64,000 nucleotides of DNA, taken from NCBI RefSeq assembly GCF_009914755.1, contig NC_060929.1; one strand, written 5' to 3'. Shown here piece by piece: positions 27,746 through 42,159 of this stretch. The number at the start of each line of letters is the position of its first letter. Position 1 is the stretch's first letter. Source of the DNA: the human T2T-CHM13v2.0 reference genome, Homo sapiens. The notes under the pieces were generated by a model. The model searched no databases and was not told the DNA's origin. It worked only from the letters and a program-made list of their open reading frames with translations. Both the position numbers and the translations under genes were made by a program.

Positions 27746-29399
27746 AAGGGAGTCTACTGGTCAAACAAATGTGGAGTTGGAGTCATCACCATATATTTCT
27801 TATGAGGAAATACTTGAAGGGAATAGTATAGTTATATGTAAAATTTAACCAGCCAACTCAAAATTTACTCAAGGAAATTTCTGGAAATTGACTTGAGGTA
27901 AAATATTTTCTTATGAGATTACCAAGTCCTATCACAAAATTCTCCTATTGAAATGAACTCTTAACCTCAGGTTACTTTCTGCTTCTGAGAATTTTCTTGA
28001 ATTTACATTGATTCTCAATGACTTCCTACATGTAAATCACTTTCCAAAAAAACTAGCAGACTATTGAATGGGAACAGTATGTATTGAGTTGGTAATTAAT
28101 TTCTAAACATCAGTTAAGAACACTAAAATGAGGAAAAACAACTGTATGTAAGTTACATCACTTAATAAGACTGTTAATGAAGAAAACCAATTCAATTTTA
28201 GGAAATAAATCAGCTTATACTTACAAATATTTAATATTCAATGCTTTTACTGAGCAACTACTGTGTAGCCAGGTATTTTTCAGGCACTAGAAATACAGTG
28301 GTAAAAAAAAAACACTATTCCTTTGTTCAATGAAGATATATTTTAGTAGGGAGTAAACTGCAAGTAAATATAAGAACAAATTGTGATACAATGGTTTTTT
28401 AAATAAGGGGAAATTATGAGGGGAGGAGTTAGAGGTCAAGATATGCTACATGAACAAATTATGTTTAATTGGAATCTAAAGGTTTTACCCAAGCTTAGGG
28501 TGGTAGTTATAAGGTTCTAGTGGAAGGAGGATAGGGGAGTAGGGGAAGACGAGTCTAGTGGAGGGAAGAGCAAAGGTGAAATCCCCCTCCCATTCTAAGG
28601 CAGAAGAAAGACTGACTGGATTGAGGAACTCCAGCATGGCTGCAGTAAAGTGAGCATTCGAGGCCCCAAATAAAGAGAGCAATCCACGTTTGGTAGGCAA
28701 ACCAAATAAGGTAGAGTGAGTGACAGTGGCTGTTGAACATACATTATGATGTGTGGTTTTTGTTTTTGGGTTTTGTTTGTTTGATTTTTGGTGATAGGCC
28801 TGATTTGATCAGCTACCTCTGTTTTCTTTTACAAAGTCCTAATGAGTTCATTTATTTCATCATTTAAAAATAAGTTACTGAATACCTTCTATATGCAAGA
28901 GAGTACAATATGTGATGATGACATCTAGAAATGGCCAATCACATCTGAACATTTACAATCTGAGTTATAGAATACAGAATAGTTATGTTCATATTAAGAA
29001 TTGCTTTATATTTAATAGCCTTGGGTTATTGGGTTAACAGGAAAAATGAAAGAATCTACAAATTGTTCTCAGAGTTTATAATTTGGACCAAATATCAGGC
29101 TCCAAGTCTCACTTCCTTAGGTTGAATCCTGACTTCACTGCTTCCTAATTTTCTGTGTGTGGGCAACTGCATTTTTTCTTTAAGCTTCAGTTTACTGTTT
29201 TATAAACTGAGAGTAATGGCAAAATTCTTACATGGTTATCTACAGAGGAGGGGATAAGAGAGGTAAAGTGACAGAATAGATATTACATGAAATAGAGGTC
29301 TAATGTATGGCACATAATATTGACTTAATAAATAGTAAGCATTATATTTTACTCCACACAAATAACTCAAAGATAATTTTTTATTGTAATCCTCAGTTT

Positions 29400-29552
29400 G
29401 AGGACATGTACTTGATGTTTCTCGTACTTGTCTGGTTGTTGGAAGTACCAGACATAATCATTTGATTGGTCTGTGGATACGGCTGGGCAACTGTAGTTGT
29501 TAAAGCTTCCTAGGTGATTCTGCTGTACAGTGATAGTTGCAAACCACTGACC
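29400..29552. mobile_element. MER5-like hAT fragment
   Basis: AAGCTTCCTAGGTGATTCTGCTGTACAG...GTTGCAAACCACTG terminus. Confidence 0.55.
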
Positions 29553-30279
29553 TAGAGGCTGCTGGAGGATGACAACATCCTGCTCCCCTCTGCGTCCTGA
29601 CCTACCTCAGTAAGAATTTAAGTAAGTGGCGAAATCGCCAAAGGGCAGGTAAAAGAAGGTACACACTGGGGTGTTACAGGAACCTGATAGATTTATATAG
29701 TGTGTCCTTAGGGCCCTGTTTGTACTGCATTTTCAGTCTGTTTGGTGAGAGTTTCTAACCAGATGTGAATATTCAGTTTCCCTCATCCCTGGGATCCCAT
29801 TACATCTTTGCAGAATTCATTGACACCAAGAGTGGAAATTACTCTTTAAAGTCATTAATAGGCACACTGTTGCATCATAAAATGTTAATACATTTAATAG
29901 TCTCCCAGCATCCTGAATAAAGCCTATGTATTTCTGAAAATGTCTGATGGACTTGAAGGAGTATCTGACATGGAAGATTTTAGACTAAAGATCCCTCTGC
30001 TCTTTCACAAAGGATATCCTTTCCCCAACTATGCTAGATAAATCTTCCTAAGCCATCCCTTTGATTATGTCATTCTCCAGTGCAAAAACTTCCAATGGCT
30101 CCCCACAACTGCAGGAAAACTTCTAACCACTTGAAAATGGCTTTCAAGTTTCTTGACTGCCTGGATCAGTCATCATTTATAGACATGCCAATATTTTTCT
30201 CTTGCTCAAACCCTGTGCTTTAGCCAAATGATCTATTGACTGCACCCTGAACATACTTTGTGCTTTTCGCCCTCTATAT

Positions 30280-30448
30280 CAATGTTTCTCAAACTTTCAT
30301 ATGTATACAGATCAACTGAGAATCATGTTAAAATACAGATTTGGGTTCATTAGCTGGAGTAGAAGTGCAATGAATTTCTTCATTTCTAACAATCCCTCAG
30401 GTGTTGTATGTGGTGCTGGTACCACAACTCCACTTGGGGAGTAAGGCT
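30280..30448. mobile_element. MER5A-like hAT MITE
   Basis: CAATGTTTCTCAAACTTT...GTTAAAATACAGATT...CATTTCTAACAA...CAGGTG...TGCTGGT. Confidence 0.6.
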
Positions 30449-30477
30449 CTACGCATAGGTTAATAAAAGCTGTCAGG

Positions 30478-30506
30478 CAGAGCAAGACTCCGTCTTAAAA
30501 AAAAAG
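30478..30506 (+). mobile_element. Extremely 5'-truncated Alu (last ~19 nt plus A tail) with TSD
   Basis: CAGAGCAAGACTCCGTCTT-A9-G flanked by AAAGCTGTCAGG (30466-30477) and AAAGCTGTTAGG (30507-30518). Confidence 0.85.
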
Positions 30507-33500
30507 AAAGCTGTTAGGTAAACCAGAATAATTTATTGTCTCCTCGTTGCGTATTTCATTCCTGTTTATTTTCAATGTTTATGTGACAAAGTTATTAACT
30601 GAGATATTAATTTTTAACTCCTCATGGTATCTCTCCTTTTCAATCCATTTTCCAAAAATATCATGGTCTTGTGTGACCCCTTCTCTCCGGACAGGTTTGT
30701 GTTTCTGGGCCATGAGAAAGGTGGCTTGCAAGATGCATCCTGGTCTGGTTTGGTTTTCCTACAGCCTAAGACATTCAAAAAAATGTTGCTGGATTTCTTG
30801 GGGAAGAGGAAATGGTCTGGCTCTTTGAGGAGCAGACAGCAGTGAGGAGACTCCTCTAGCCTAGAAGGGGATGGAGGTTTGAGGAGGCTACTCTTCTGAG
30901 GGATGGCTGTGTGTTATACACACACAGGTTACTGGAACCTTGAGAACACAGCTCCAAAGCTTGCCAGAGAAGTAAGTACCCCAAGCTTGACAAGTAAACT
31001 GTAGAATCTTGTGCATTAAAGGAGAGAAGCTGCTTTGTCCCAATTTTAGAGCAAACTTAGAAGCTCTGCAAAAATGGGGCTGGGGTGGAATAAAAAATGA
31101 CTGATAAATTAGATGCCCCACATGTTGGGGAATTGTAAAAGGTTTTAGGTAGAAAAGAAATTGATATTCCTTTTAAGCTTCAATGTTTGAATCAAAATCC
31201 ATATGTGCTAAACTTATTTCAGATCCAGTATCCTCCTGAAACCTGCTTTGGTGTACACAAGGGCATCATGACTGAGGGAAGCAGACCTGACTCTGGGATC
31301 AAATGAGCCCAGTTTGAAATTTTAATTTGATATATATGTGAGTGTCAGAATTTTTATTTGCAAAAATGTGGCTAATGACATTTATTTCACTGGATTGTTG
31401 AGAGGGTTAGAAATCATAAATATACCCATGTTGCATGTGGTGTATAGTCAGTAAATGCTATTATTATAGCTATTGCTTCTTTACTACTACCTGTAACACT
31501 TTTACTATGATCCAAGTAGCATTTGAGGATGTCAAATGCATCCAAAAAATTCCTAAAATTGTGTTGTCTACATAATTAATTTGAATATTATTAATAATCT
31601 TTGATAGTAACCAGACACTAATAACTTTTGATCATAATGATGCTCGTTAATTTATTACCTACTTTTAACAGTTATTTCCCAAGTGTCTCAGTATTGCACC
31701 TGCAACATAAACTCTGAAGCAGGAGATTATAATTTGTACTTCTTGGTAATTCATTGATGTTTATTCTAGTGTCTCATATATAGTAGATACTCAGCAAATC
31801 CTTGGCACCTGGTATTGCAAAACTATGACTTCTCATAATTTAGTAGAATGTTAGGGGACAAATATTTTCAATAAAATTTTTGCAATGTGGAATTAGGAAA
31901 AGTACTGCATTTTAATCTACATTACTTCCTTATTGCTTGAACAACTATAATATACTCTCAGTCTGAAGCAAGTGAGCTTCATGCTTCATCACATCCAAAT
32001 CTGCTTATGTTTTGTTTCTTACGAAGTAGGCTGAATTTTAAGGTAGATGCAACTATGGAAACTCCAGAGTGGGGGCAAGCAGACCAATGAAGAGAATCAT
32101 TGTTTCTTTATCTGTTGTATAAATATTTTTGCAGAGCTTTTGAACCCAGAATATCAAGGCAAAAGCCATTATGCTCTTTAATTTAATTAAATAGGATTCA
32201 ATATTTTTCAAGTAATATCCTGATATATATTTCAGGAAAATATAACAAAGAATCAATTTTGTAGAATTCAGTTAGCTAGGGGTTAAATTCTACCCTAGCA
32301 ACAGAAACTTTACAGCTGCTGTCAGAAACAGTAATTACTCTGGTCAATATTCTCTAAGAAACTCCAGCTGTCTTATCAAGCTTGCTTTGTCAGAAAGACT
32401 CCTTTCCTGTTAGGGGCATCAGTTGTAGAATAACCATGATGGTGCCAATGAAAGAGTTGAAAAAAATGTTTTAGAAGCCATAATGTGGCATATATATATA
32501 TATATATATATATTTGTTTTTTGCTTAAATTTAAAGTTCTGATAATATCTACTGTGCTTTTAGACAATCTTCCACTGAATTTTAAAGAAAGTACAAAAAT
32601 GAGAATTTTTCTCTTTGAAACAAACTCCTAAGAAATTAATACTAATGATGGCCTTCAATGCAAATCTCAACCCACCTGGCAAACAAAGCTGAATATAGTA
32701 GCAACTTATATCCTGGAGGCTCTAAGATGTTATCACCTCAATGTGACATCCTATGAATAGGAGCTTAGCTTTAAACCTAGTCAGAGGTCACAAATGATTC
32801 ATTTTGTTCATGTATATATTCATGGGAATTCTCATCATTCTTAGAGATATGGTTCTTCAGAGGTGACTTTTAGCTCATACAATTACTTATCATGGTATTT
32901 CCCCTTTTCTACTGGTGGGGAAAATTTAGGAAGGAGGAAATAGGGACTAATGAGCCTATACTCAGGTGACAAAAAGGGATATATGAGGAAGTGAATGAGC
33001 GGTTGGTGTTAATGGAACTGATTAGAGTACAATTAGAATTGAAACCCTATGTTATAGCACTTAGCAGTGGAAAGTTTCAGTAGAAAACTAGAGCTAATTA
33101 TTACCATCCTCATTTTACCTAAAATAAAACTTCAACTTTTTAACCTGAGTTAATTTCCATGATCGATGCTTAAATACTTTTTTAGCATCGTCCTATGCCA
33201 TGCTTAGACACTGAGACCTTTTTTAATTCTCAGACTTACCAAGCCTGTTCTTAACTTAGGCACTTTGAGCTAGATGTTTTTGGGGTTTTCTTTCTCACAT
33301 TATTGTTCCCTCTGTCCATGTTGCCATCTCCTGATCTTTGTATAGCTGGCTCCTGCTTACAATTACAATTTCATCTTAAATGCCTCATCTCCCAAGGGGT
33401 CTCACTTGATCATCATACATAAGGTTGTCATCCACTAGGTTTCTATCTGCCTTAATTATCTATATGACACTTACTATTACTTCCCCCTTCTAAATATACT

Positions 33501-33799
33501 TGATTATTATCTTCCTCCACTTGAAGATAAGCTCTGCAGAAGCAAGGATCTGGTTAGTTTTATTCACTTTGATATCAGAAATTACAATGATGCCAATTAT
33601 TAGTAGACACTTACTAAACTGGTCTTTGAAGGGGTGAATGAATTTAAGAACACAAGTTACCTTAGAGATTTTTATTCATGGCATCCTTAAATTGAAATCC
33701 ATAGATTACATAAATATTTTCATATGAATAATACTTTCTTTTCTCAGAAGATGAGCCATGGTTTTCAACAGAGTCTCAAAGGGGTCTCAACCTATTGTT

Positions 33800-34280
33800 T
33801 CAAGTCTCAAGCTGGGTTTCCCAGAAGTGGTGCTGAGATGAGAAATCATGTAAAAGTGGTGTGTTAAGAAGTGTTTTTAGGAAAAACAAGTTGTCAAGTA
33901 GGAAGCAAGGCTGGGAAGGGAAGGAAGCCAAGCAAGGGTGTGGCATCAAACCAAGTCCCACTGGGGAGCTTTAGAGACAAGCGGCCTCATTCAGAGCTGT
34001 ATCAAGGGCCTAATGAGTTTATACCTCCACATCCTTAGTCATTGGCTCATGGTTTCCCTGGGGAAAAGGAGGGTGTAATTCCGGCTCTTTCAGTTTGCAC
34101 ATAAAGCGGTATCAGGAAGCCTGAGGGTGGCCCTGCAAATGAAGGGAGGTGAGTTCTAGCCATTAGCAGTAAAATTTCCTGAGATCTCATGTTCATGTTC
34201 CTGAGATCTCATAATCATGGAATCATGATCATCCATGTTTCAGAGGCTATGGGTGGAACACTCACAGTATATGCTACAGC
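33800..34280. mobile_element. Old LTR remnant (MLT/ERVL-type)
   Basis: GCTGGGTTTCCCAGAAG...CTGAGATGAGAA...GGAAGGGAAGGAAGCCAAGCAAGGGTG motifs. Confidence 0.45.
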
Positions 34281-34769
34281 TCCTTCAAAAGAAAAACAAG
34301 TGGTTTAATAATTATCACTCAGTCTATTATAATTCCCTCATTCTATAAATTGGGAAAATAAATTCTACTGAAGTGAGGTGGTTTTCTTAATAATACTTTG
34401 GTAAACTTTGTTTGGATCAGATCCAAGATTGAAAGACTACCGGCCTATTTATTCATTACTGAAAACTCTGTAAATAATTACACACATATATACAAATAGA
34501 TTTTTATTAAATGTAAGATTTCTTCCCAGAAGTTATGGAAAATACAATATCAATAAATTACTACCATCCTCAGTGACTCTGTAGTGCAGTCAGACAAAAG
34601 ATATATATCAACAATGAGCACTATAAAATATGATCACATAAGAAGGAATACATTTTTACCGAGATACAGAGCAGAGAGTAATCACATCCAGCTTAGGGAC
34701 TCAAGGAAGAGTTCACCGAAGTTAAGACCCTTAACCTCAACATATCTTTCTTGTTAAAAGAAAATGTGT

Positions 34770-35320
34770 CCATTTAGAGATATTTGAATGAGTGTCTACT
34801 ATATTCTAGACAGAGTAATGAGCACTGAGAATATGGTGGCAAATGAAAAAGGCAAAGTTCCTACTCTCCTCTACTTTATATGTATTTGGATAAAGAACAA
34901 TGATGACCAGGAAGAATGACAAACAAGAGAATGTCAAATACTGACAAGAACTATAAAGCAAGGAAAAATGAACAGAAGTGGAGGGAGGAAAGTTGACACT
35001 AGTTTAGATGTAGTGATTAGGGAAGATTCCTCTGACACTAAAAATTTGAATTGAGACCTGAAGAATGAAAGGAGCCAGAAGCAGAGAGGAACACGCATAG
35101 GAGAAAAGAAATCCAAATATAAAGGGCAAGTTCAAAGGCTCTGAGGCATGAACAAGCTTGGAATAATCAGGAAATAAAAAGACAGTTAATTTGTATTTCA
35201 GTAGTCAAAGAGGAACCCAGTAAGAGATTATTTTAGAGAGATTGGCAGGGTCTTGTAGCCCAGAGTGAGGAGTTTGCCTTTTAAGTGCAGTGGTTAAACA
35301 TGACATTGCTCATGTTTTAA
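34770..35320. mobile_element. L2 LINE fragment
   Basis: GAGTGTCTACTATATTCTAGAC...TTTGAATTGAGACCTGAAGAATGA...CAAAGGCTCTGAGGCATGA motifs. Confidence 0.6.
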
Positions 35321-35329
35321 AACCTCTGT

Positions 35330-35446
35330 GTACCAACTATTAGAAACTGGAATTAAAATTAAAAAACATACTGTTTAATTAGCATCAAAAATTTATTAGT
35401 TATATACGTAACAAAGTATGTTCAAGATCTGTAGGAGGAAAACTAA

Positions 35447-35479
<33 letters not shown>

Positions 35480-37690
35480 AACACTGATGAGAGAATCAAA
35501 GAGCTTGATAAATCTAGAGGTATTCCATTTTCATAGACCGGAAGACTCAGTGTTGTTCAGATGTTCTTCCCAGCTTGATCTATGAATTCCATGGTATCCT
35601 AATTAAAATTCTAGCAAGCTATTTTGTAGATAACAACAAACTGACTCTATTATTTATATACAAATATAAAGGAAACAGAATGACCAACACGATGCTGAAG
35701 ATGTAAAACAAAATTAGGGAACTGACACTATCCTACTTTAGGATTTACTATAAAGCTGCAGTAATCACAATACCTTGTTATCAGTGAAGGAATAAACACA
35801 TAGATCAATGTAATAAAATAGAGTCTTCAGAAATAGACTCATACAAATTTGGTTAACTTATTTTTAACAAAGCCAAAAGGCAATTTGATGGAGGAAGGAT
35901 AATCTTTTTAACCAATGTTACTGGAACAATTGAATGTCAATATAAAAAATTTGTACCTAATCACAGGTATTACATGTTACATAAAAAACAATTTTAAATG
36001 ACTTAGAAATTTAAATGTAAAATAAAAAATATAAACCTTCTAGAAGAAACCATAGGGCAAAAAAATCTATGTGAACTTGGGTTCGGTGATGACTTCTACA
36101 TACAACTCCAAAAGCATAATTCATAAAAGAAAAATATGATAAATTGAACTTTATTAAAATTAAAAACTTTAACTCCACAGAAGACAAAGAAGATCTCTCG
36201 GTTTCTAATACTATTTTCCAATGAAAGAACACAGATCTCTTTGAATAAAAGCCTCTTCCAAGGCTGGGGCAAGGTATATACAAACTGAGCCTAAAGCACA
36301 TTGTAGTGCCAGAAAGTAAGGAAGTGCTGAACACACTCACACAAAAATGAAATCAAACTCCTACACAATGATAGAGTATGCCAAAAGGCATAGAAGCCAA
36401 CTGACAGAGCTCCCAATGGCCAAAACTGGAACAATTTGAGGGGAAAAATAAATAATATACTGTTAGATTATAACACAAAGTATAAAATAAATATCATTTA
36501 ATCTGTACTTATATAAATGGTTAAATAAATGAATGAATGGGAAATGAGAGACATATTTCCTTTGCAGATGAATTCCAAATCCTTTTTGTAGATACTCCAC
36601 CCTCAAGTCAGGGTTGGGTGGAGCATAATTCTCCACCTTCCTGTTGGCTGTTCATGGTCAATTCCTTTCAAAGAGTGCAGTATACGAAGGAGGAAACAGA
36701 GTACAACGATAGTGGATAAACCCGACAGACACGACCTCAGCTAGGTAATCACAGTTTAGACCCAAAGTGATATCATCATGTTGGTATCATGAACCCTTGC
36801 TATGATGTGATGGCAGTGGAACCTGACCTCTGTAGCTCTTCCGCAAAACCTTAGTTTAATCATAAGAAAAAGAAGAAAAAAATAACTCCACCAATTCAGG
36901 GCTATTCTACAAAATGTCTCTCCAATACCCTCAAAACTCTCAAAGTCATCAAAATAAATGAACAGAAAAGTTTGAGATAAACATATCAACTAAGTGTAAT
37001 GAGATATCCTGGAATCAAAATGGAAATAAAGTAAACTGTAAAGAAATATGAATAAAATGTGAACTTTTGGTAATAATGTATCAACATTGGTTTAGTAGTT
37101 ATGACAGATGTACCATACTAACATAAGATGCTAATGATAGGGGAAACTGGGTGTGGGGTGTAGGGGAACTCTTTTTACTATCTGTATAACTCTCCTACAA
37201 ACCCAAACCTCTTCTAGGACAATGTTTACTAAAAATTCTGTGGCATTATAACCAAAAATAGGAAATAAAAGTCCATCTGACGTAAAATGGTTATGCAAAT
37301 TTAGGTCCACGCTCATGATGGAATACTACACTGCATTAAAAATAACACACTTCTGATGCATGCAATAACACAGATACATTTCAAAGTATTTTGTTGAGGA
37401 TAGAAGCCAGAGAAGCCAGAATCAAAAGAATGCATACTCCATGATTTCATTTATATAAAATTCAAGAATAGGCAAAGCTAATTCATGTAAAAGTAATCAA
37501 AATGATGATTGCCTCTGAGGGGTAGGGATTGAAAGAAGGCATGAGAGAAATTTCTAGAGTGTTGGAAATGTCTTGTATCTCAATTTTGGTAGTAGTTGAT
37601 GAAGTATATATTTATCAAAACTCATTGAATTGTAATTTTACAATCTGTTCCTTTCATGGCATGCAAATTTTACTTCAAAAATGCCTACAT
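35330..37690 (+). mobile_element. Ancient L1M (L1MC/L1ME-like) ORF2 end and 3' UTR fragments, containing (AAC)n at ~35448-35480
   Basis: Degenerate ORF2 motifs (GATTTACTATAAAGCTGCAGTAATCA; AACCTTCTAGAAGAAACCATAGG) and 3' UTR motifs (GGAAACTGGGTGTGGGG; ATGGAATACTAC). Confidence 0.7.
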
Positions 37691-38736
37691 TAAAATTCTA
37701 TAAAAACACTTGGGCTACTGGGAAGAGAATGAGTTTCAGGGAGCAAGGATACTACCAAAGAGATCATTTAGGAAGCTACTTCAGAAGTCTAAGAGAGAAG
37801 TGATGGTGACTTTTCATCGTGATATAATAGAGAATGAGATAAATGTATGTTTTTAGATATATTTCGGAGCTGGAGGCAACCAGGATATACTGTTTTAGTA
37901 GATAGAAAAAGTAGAAATTCTTATAGAAAGAACACTGAGCTTAATCGACAAATCCAAATATGAGCTTCAGCTTTGCTATCTTTTCAATTTTGTGATCATC
38001 CACAAATAATCTATCTGTGCCTTTAATATCTCATTTTTAAGTGAGCTGATTAGACCCATTCTAGGTAGCTCACAGGTTACAGAATGTGTATGTGGAAACA
38101 GTTTGTACATTGTAATATATCACTTATGTTAAACTTACTAAATACATTACATAAGGAATATGTAGTACTGGAAAATATATCATGGATTACTTAATCATCA
38201 ACCACAAACAGATAAACTATTCTGACTTAAACAGCTCTATTTCTTTGCACTAACACTCTATTTATTTGACTTACTACACAGCTCAATTTCTTTTTAGTTG
38301 GGATAAAAATCTCAACTATGGACATTAAGAATCTGAGACTACAGATCAGAAAAAAAATGTTGTGTACATGGTAAGAGATCAAAGTTGCAGTACTGAGGAC
38401 ATTTTGTTATACAGTGTCTAAAAGTTCAAAATTCCATGGACAGATCTTACTGAGACATGATGACACCTCAAATAAACTCAGTTTAGTTTACATCTGTTTG
38501 CAAGTAAGCACGGAAAGCATTCTTATATCTTCAGAACGATTTAACCAAGGTTATGCCACTCTAAATCTATGCTCAAAACTCTCATGATAAATCCAAGAGA
38601 ACAGCCAATCAAACCTTAGTCTACTAAGGTTTCCTAGGAGACTTACACGCAGTTAGAGAAATGGATTGTACACAGTTGAGAAAAAAAAAATGCTGCAGCA
38701 ATTTCACCTTACTGAAACTTTCCCTTTCTAAAAAGA

Positions 38737-38737
<1 letters not shown>

Positions 38738-38777
<40 letters not shown>
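38738..38777. repeat. (CA)n microsatellite, about 20 units
   Basis: Direct read. Confidence 0.98.
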
Positions 38778-38780
<3 letters not shown>

Positions 38781-40116
38781 CCCTAATTATTTGGAAAATA
38801 AAAAAGGACCATCACAGCCAAGAGGCAAAGGACCTGAACACTCATTAGAATCTATGAGTACCATTGTCTTCTATACTATGGTTGCAGATGATAATACTGC
38901 AAATAGTGATGTGATTTGAAAAAATGTGTTTAACTTCCTAGGAATGCTCCTTGGGATAGCATCCATGTTATGGTCTCATTCTAAACTGGGAATTGTTAAA
39001 TTATATTCGTACAAAAACCTGATTGGGTGGGTATTCAAAAATGTGTATTTATTTCTTTATTCTCAGAATGTAGAAAGTGCTCAAGACATAGTAGCTGTTA
39101 AGTAAACCTGGTTGCATTATTTGAGAAATAGCACTGAAGTTCCTGATTTTATAATGTCCTATTCTATCCTCAACTCAAGGCACACTCATGATTAGCTCAG
39201 TGGGTGACCAATAAGCATCAGTATTCTTGGCCATTTCCCCTTTCCTAATTTGACTCCACTGACTCCATATCTAGAATACAATCAATTTGCCTAGTTAAGC
39301 TTAAGTAGATGAAATGAATCCCTTCCTCTCACCATTATATTCCCGTATGTGGATATGGCACTTTGAGAAAAGGTGAAACTGAGTAGTTAATTCATCTAAT
39401 ACATATTTATTTAGTATTTAGTATGAGCCAGGTAATGGAAATGTTGATTGGTATCCTAACTAATTTTGTACAAATCCTTAACATCTAAAATTTATTGTAA
39501 ATTGTGCCTAGACAAATCTAATAGACTTTTATAGCTAGAAAGAACTCTGCTGGCATGTGGCAAGATTCAGGATTTCTAAATCCTTAAGTGCTATCTCATC
39601 AGCAACCACCATGATAGATTAGAAACTGAGTGATGCACACAGAAAACTAGCCAGCCAAATGCATTTTCTTTGTTACTAGCTAAGATTTAACTCTCAGTCC
39701 TACCTGTGTGATCTGTTGCCCTCATATGCCACACGTGTGCCTCTAGAATTTCTAAAGCCAGGTTGAGTTATCAAATCTAGCCTAGAAGATGGTTGAAGTA
39801 TCAGAATATAAAAGTTGTTAGATGGAGTTCATATCTGCTTGTTTACACCTATATTCAGAGTGCCCAGCACTGAAGCTGAGTTTAAGTTTTGTTGGGTGAA
39901 GACATGAAGGTAAACTGCTTCATGCTTCTTTTCCTTAGAATCTCATTTCAGTAGGCCAGGAGAACAGGGACACTGATTAGGGATCTGAGAGGAAGCCCTG
40001 ATCTCCATGGAAGGATTAGATGAAGTCACTACTATTCAACAGCCATTTATTGTAATTCCTTCATTGAATAGATACAAACAATTATTCCAGGAAGGGCAAT
40101 GTTTGCTCAAGGTCAT

Positions 40117-40486
40117 TGTGTTAGTCTGTTCTCACGCTGCCAATAAAGACATACCCAAGACTGGGTAATTTATAAAGGAAAGAGGTTTAATTGACTCACA
40201 GTTCGGTATGGCTGGGAGACCTCAGGAAACTTATATATGTGATGGAAATGAAGCCAACATGCCCTTCTTCAAATGACGGCAGGAAAGAGAAGAAAGAATG
40301 CCTAGCGAAGGGAAAAGCTCCTTGTAAAATCATCAGATCTTTGTGAGAACTAACTCACTATCATGAGAACAGGATAGAGGAAACCACCTCCATTATTCAG
40401 TTATCTCCCCTTGGTCCCTCTCATGACATATGGGGATGTGTCAGTTCAAGATGAGATTTGGGTGGGGACACAGCTAAACCATATCA
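40117..40486 (-). mobile_element. THE1 (THE1B/C-like) solo LTR
   Basis: TGTGTTAGTCTGTTCTCACGCTGC...GGGGACACAGCTAAACCATATCA; perfect 5-bp TSD GTCAT at 40112-40116 and 40487-40491. Confidence 0.94.
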
Positions 40487-41751
40487 GTCATATGTCTAAT
40501 TTGTGGGATATTTTCAAAACATGTTCCATTTTCCTATTGCACCACAGTGTGATTGAAAGGAATTAACAGACAGATTGTTGGATGATGAAATTTGGTGCAG
40601 CCTCTCTGAAAGGAAATATACTTGATTGTTCAGAGGGCGGAATCTGGACTACTGAGAGTAAATATCTGCATATTAATGATAACAAAAAGGTAATAAAACT
40701 GAAAAACATTCATTCTTATGATTTTTAAATCACACTACATTTCCAAATGTTCTGTGGATCTTATTTTTGAAAGTTTTCTATGTAAGAATACGTAAAGAGA
40801 AATATCTAGAGTGATCTACAATGAAATATTTTCAGAGCTCCCTGGGAAGTAAAATTTTTGGTCATCACATACTTATTGAACAATAATGTTGATTCTAAGA
40901 CCATTTTTCAGCAACATGTTTATTACCTGTATTAGGTCTAAGATAAATATACGAATATACAACCTCATGCATATAGACATATGAGTTTGTGTATAATACA
41001 GTGCCTGGCATATAGTAGGTGTTTAATGTACGTTAGAATGGTTTATATGTAATTATGCAGATATACAAACATTCATGCATATATACAAACACACTATATA
41101 GAATTGATTGTACTGCTTTCAGAGTTTTGGATTTTATGAAAATCTTAAATCTTTTATTTGGCTTTATGCATACACCAAAAGATATATCAAAATGAATGAT
41201 TTTAAAAGGAAAACAAGGCTGCAAATGAAAAGTAAGGCAGGACTGCTGCTCTTCCAAGTATAGCTCACCAAAGCAAAAATCACTAAAGTAATTACAGGCT
41301 TGATTATGGTCTTTAAACTGTCAAAATATTCAATTCCATATACTCTCTATTTTCTCCTGTTTGTGGATTGCCAAAGATAGAGGGAAAAGGATAGAAATAT
41401 ATACTGCTCAATATAGCTATTCTTAGATGATTCTCTCAGGTGGTTAATCACTGGGATTAATTAGCAAGCAGCTACTGTGAGAACTTGATCTTTTTCCTTC
41501 ATTCTTAGTCTTACATCACCAGGTATTTTCTAAAATCAGCCTGAGCACATCCATAAATTAAGTATCAAAGCTTGTCACTGAGGGAAGAATACTCACAGGT
41601 ATCCATCCTGACAGTAGGAGTCGCGCTTTGTGTGCTAAGTGAGGCGGTGACTCGAAAAATACATTTGTTTCCACCCACGCCATCTCCCACTGACAAATGC
41701 TGTTCCTCTCAGGGCCAAAATTCTAGAATTATATTCCAACAAATAGATTTA

Positions 41752-41753
<2 letters not shown>

Positions 41754-41784
<31 letters not shown>

Positions 41785-41820
41785 AAAAGAAATAAGAGAA
41801 AATTAAAAGTTAAAAAAAAA
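41754..41820 (+). repeat. Poly(A) / A-rich tract
   Basis: About 28 consecutive A followed by an A-rich tail. Confidence 0.95.
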
Positions 41821-42159
41821 CTGCCAGAGTTATAGCACCTGCCTAAAATTGGTTATCTAGTTGTTCCCCTACCCCAAAAACAGTACTTTCTAAAGCAATC
41901 TAGTGTTGCTGTCTCAAACCAGGGCACATGTCTAAATGGGCCCATAGTTAAACACATCTGGTCATAGGGCTGGTAGACTTGCTGGAACTATATAAAACAT
42001 CTATTCTTTTATAACTCCAAATGCTCAGCTGGTTAAGAATACCGCCTACTTTCTGCCACCTCAATCTGGAGCACCATATCGAGAAGCTTCTCTAGGCTTT
42101 CAACACATAACCAACTAGATACCTGAATTGGTATTAAGCATTATCATCATTTTTATCTG

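Noticed and set aside
29627-29640. TGGCGAAATCGCCA short palindrome
   Set aside because: A 6-bp stem is expected by chance in 64 kb.
34176-34212. TTCCTGAGATCTCAT repeated twice
   Set aside because: Small slippage duplication inside an old LTR; no sign of function.
41677-41692. CGCCATCT as a CTCF site
   Set aside because: Only half the motif; it is followed by CCCAC rather than RGTGG.
41572-41835. ORF with a poly-Lys tract
   Set aside because: Translation of a genomic poly(A) run.
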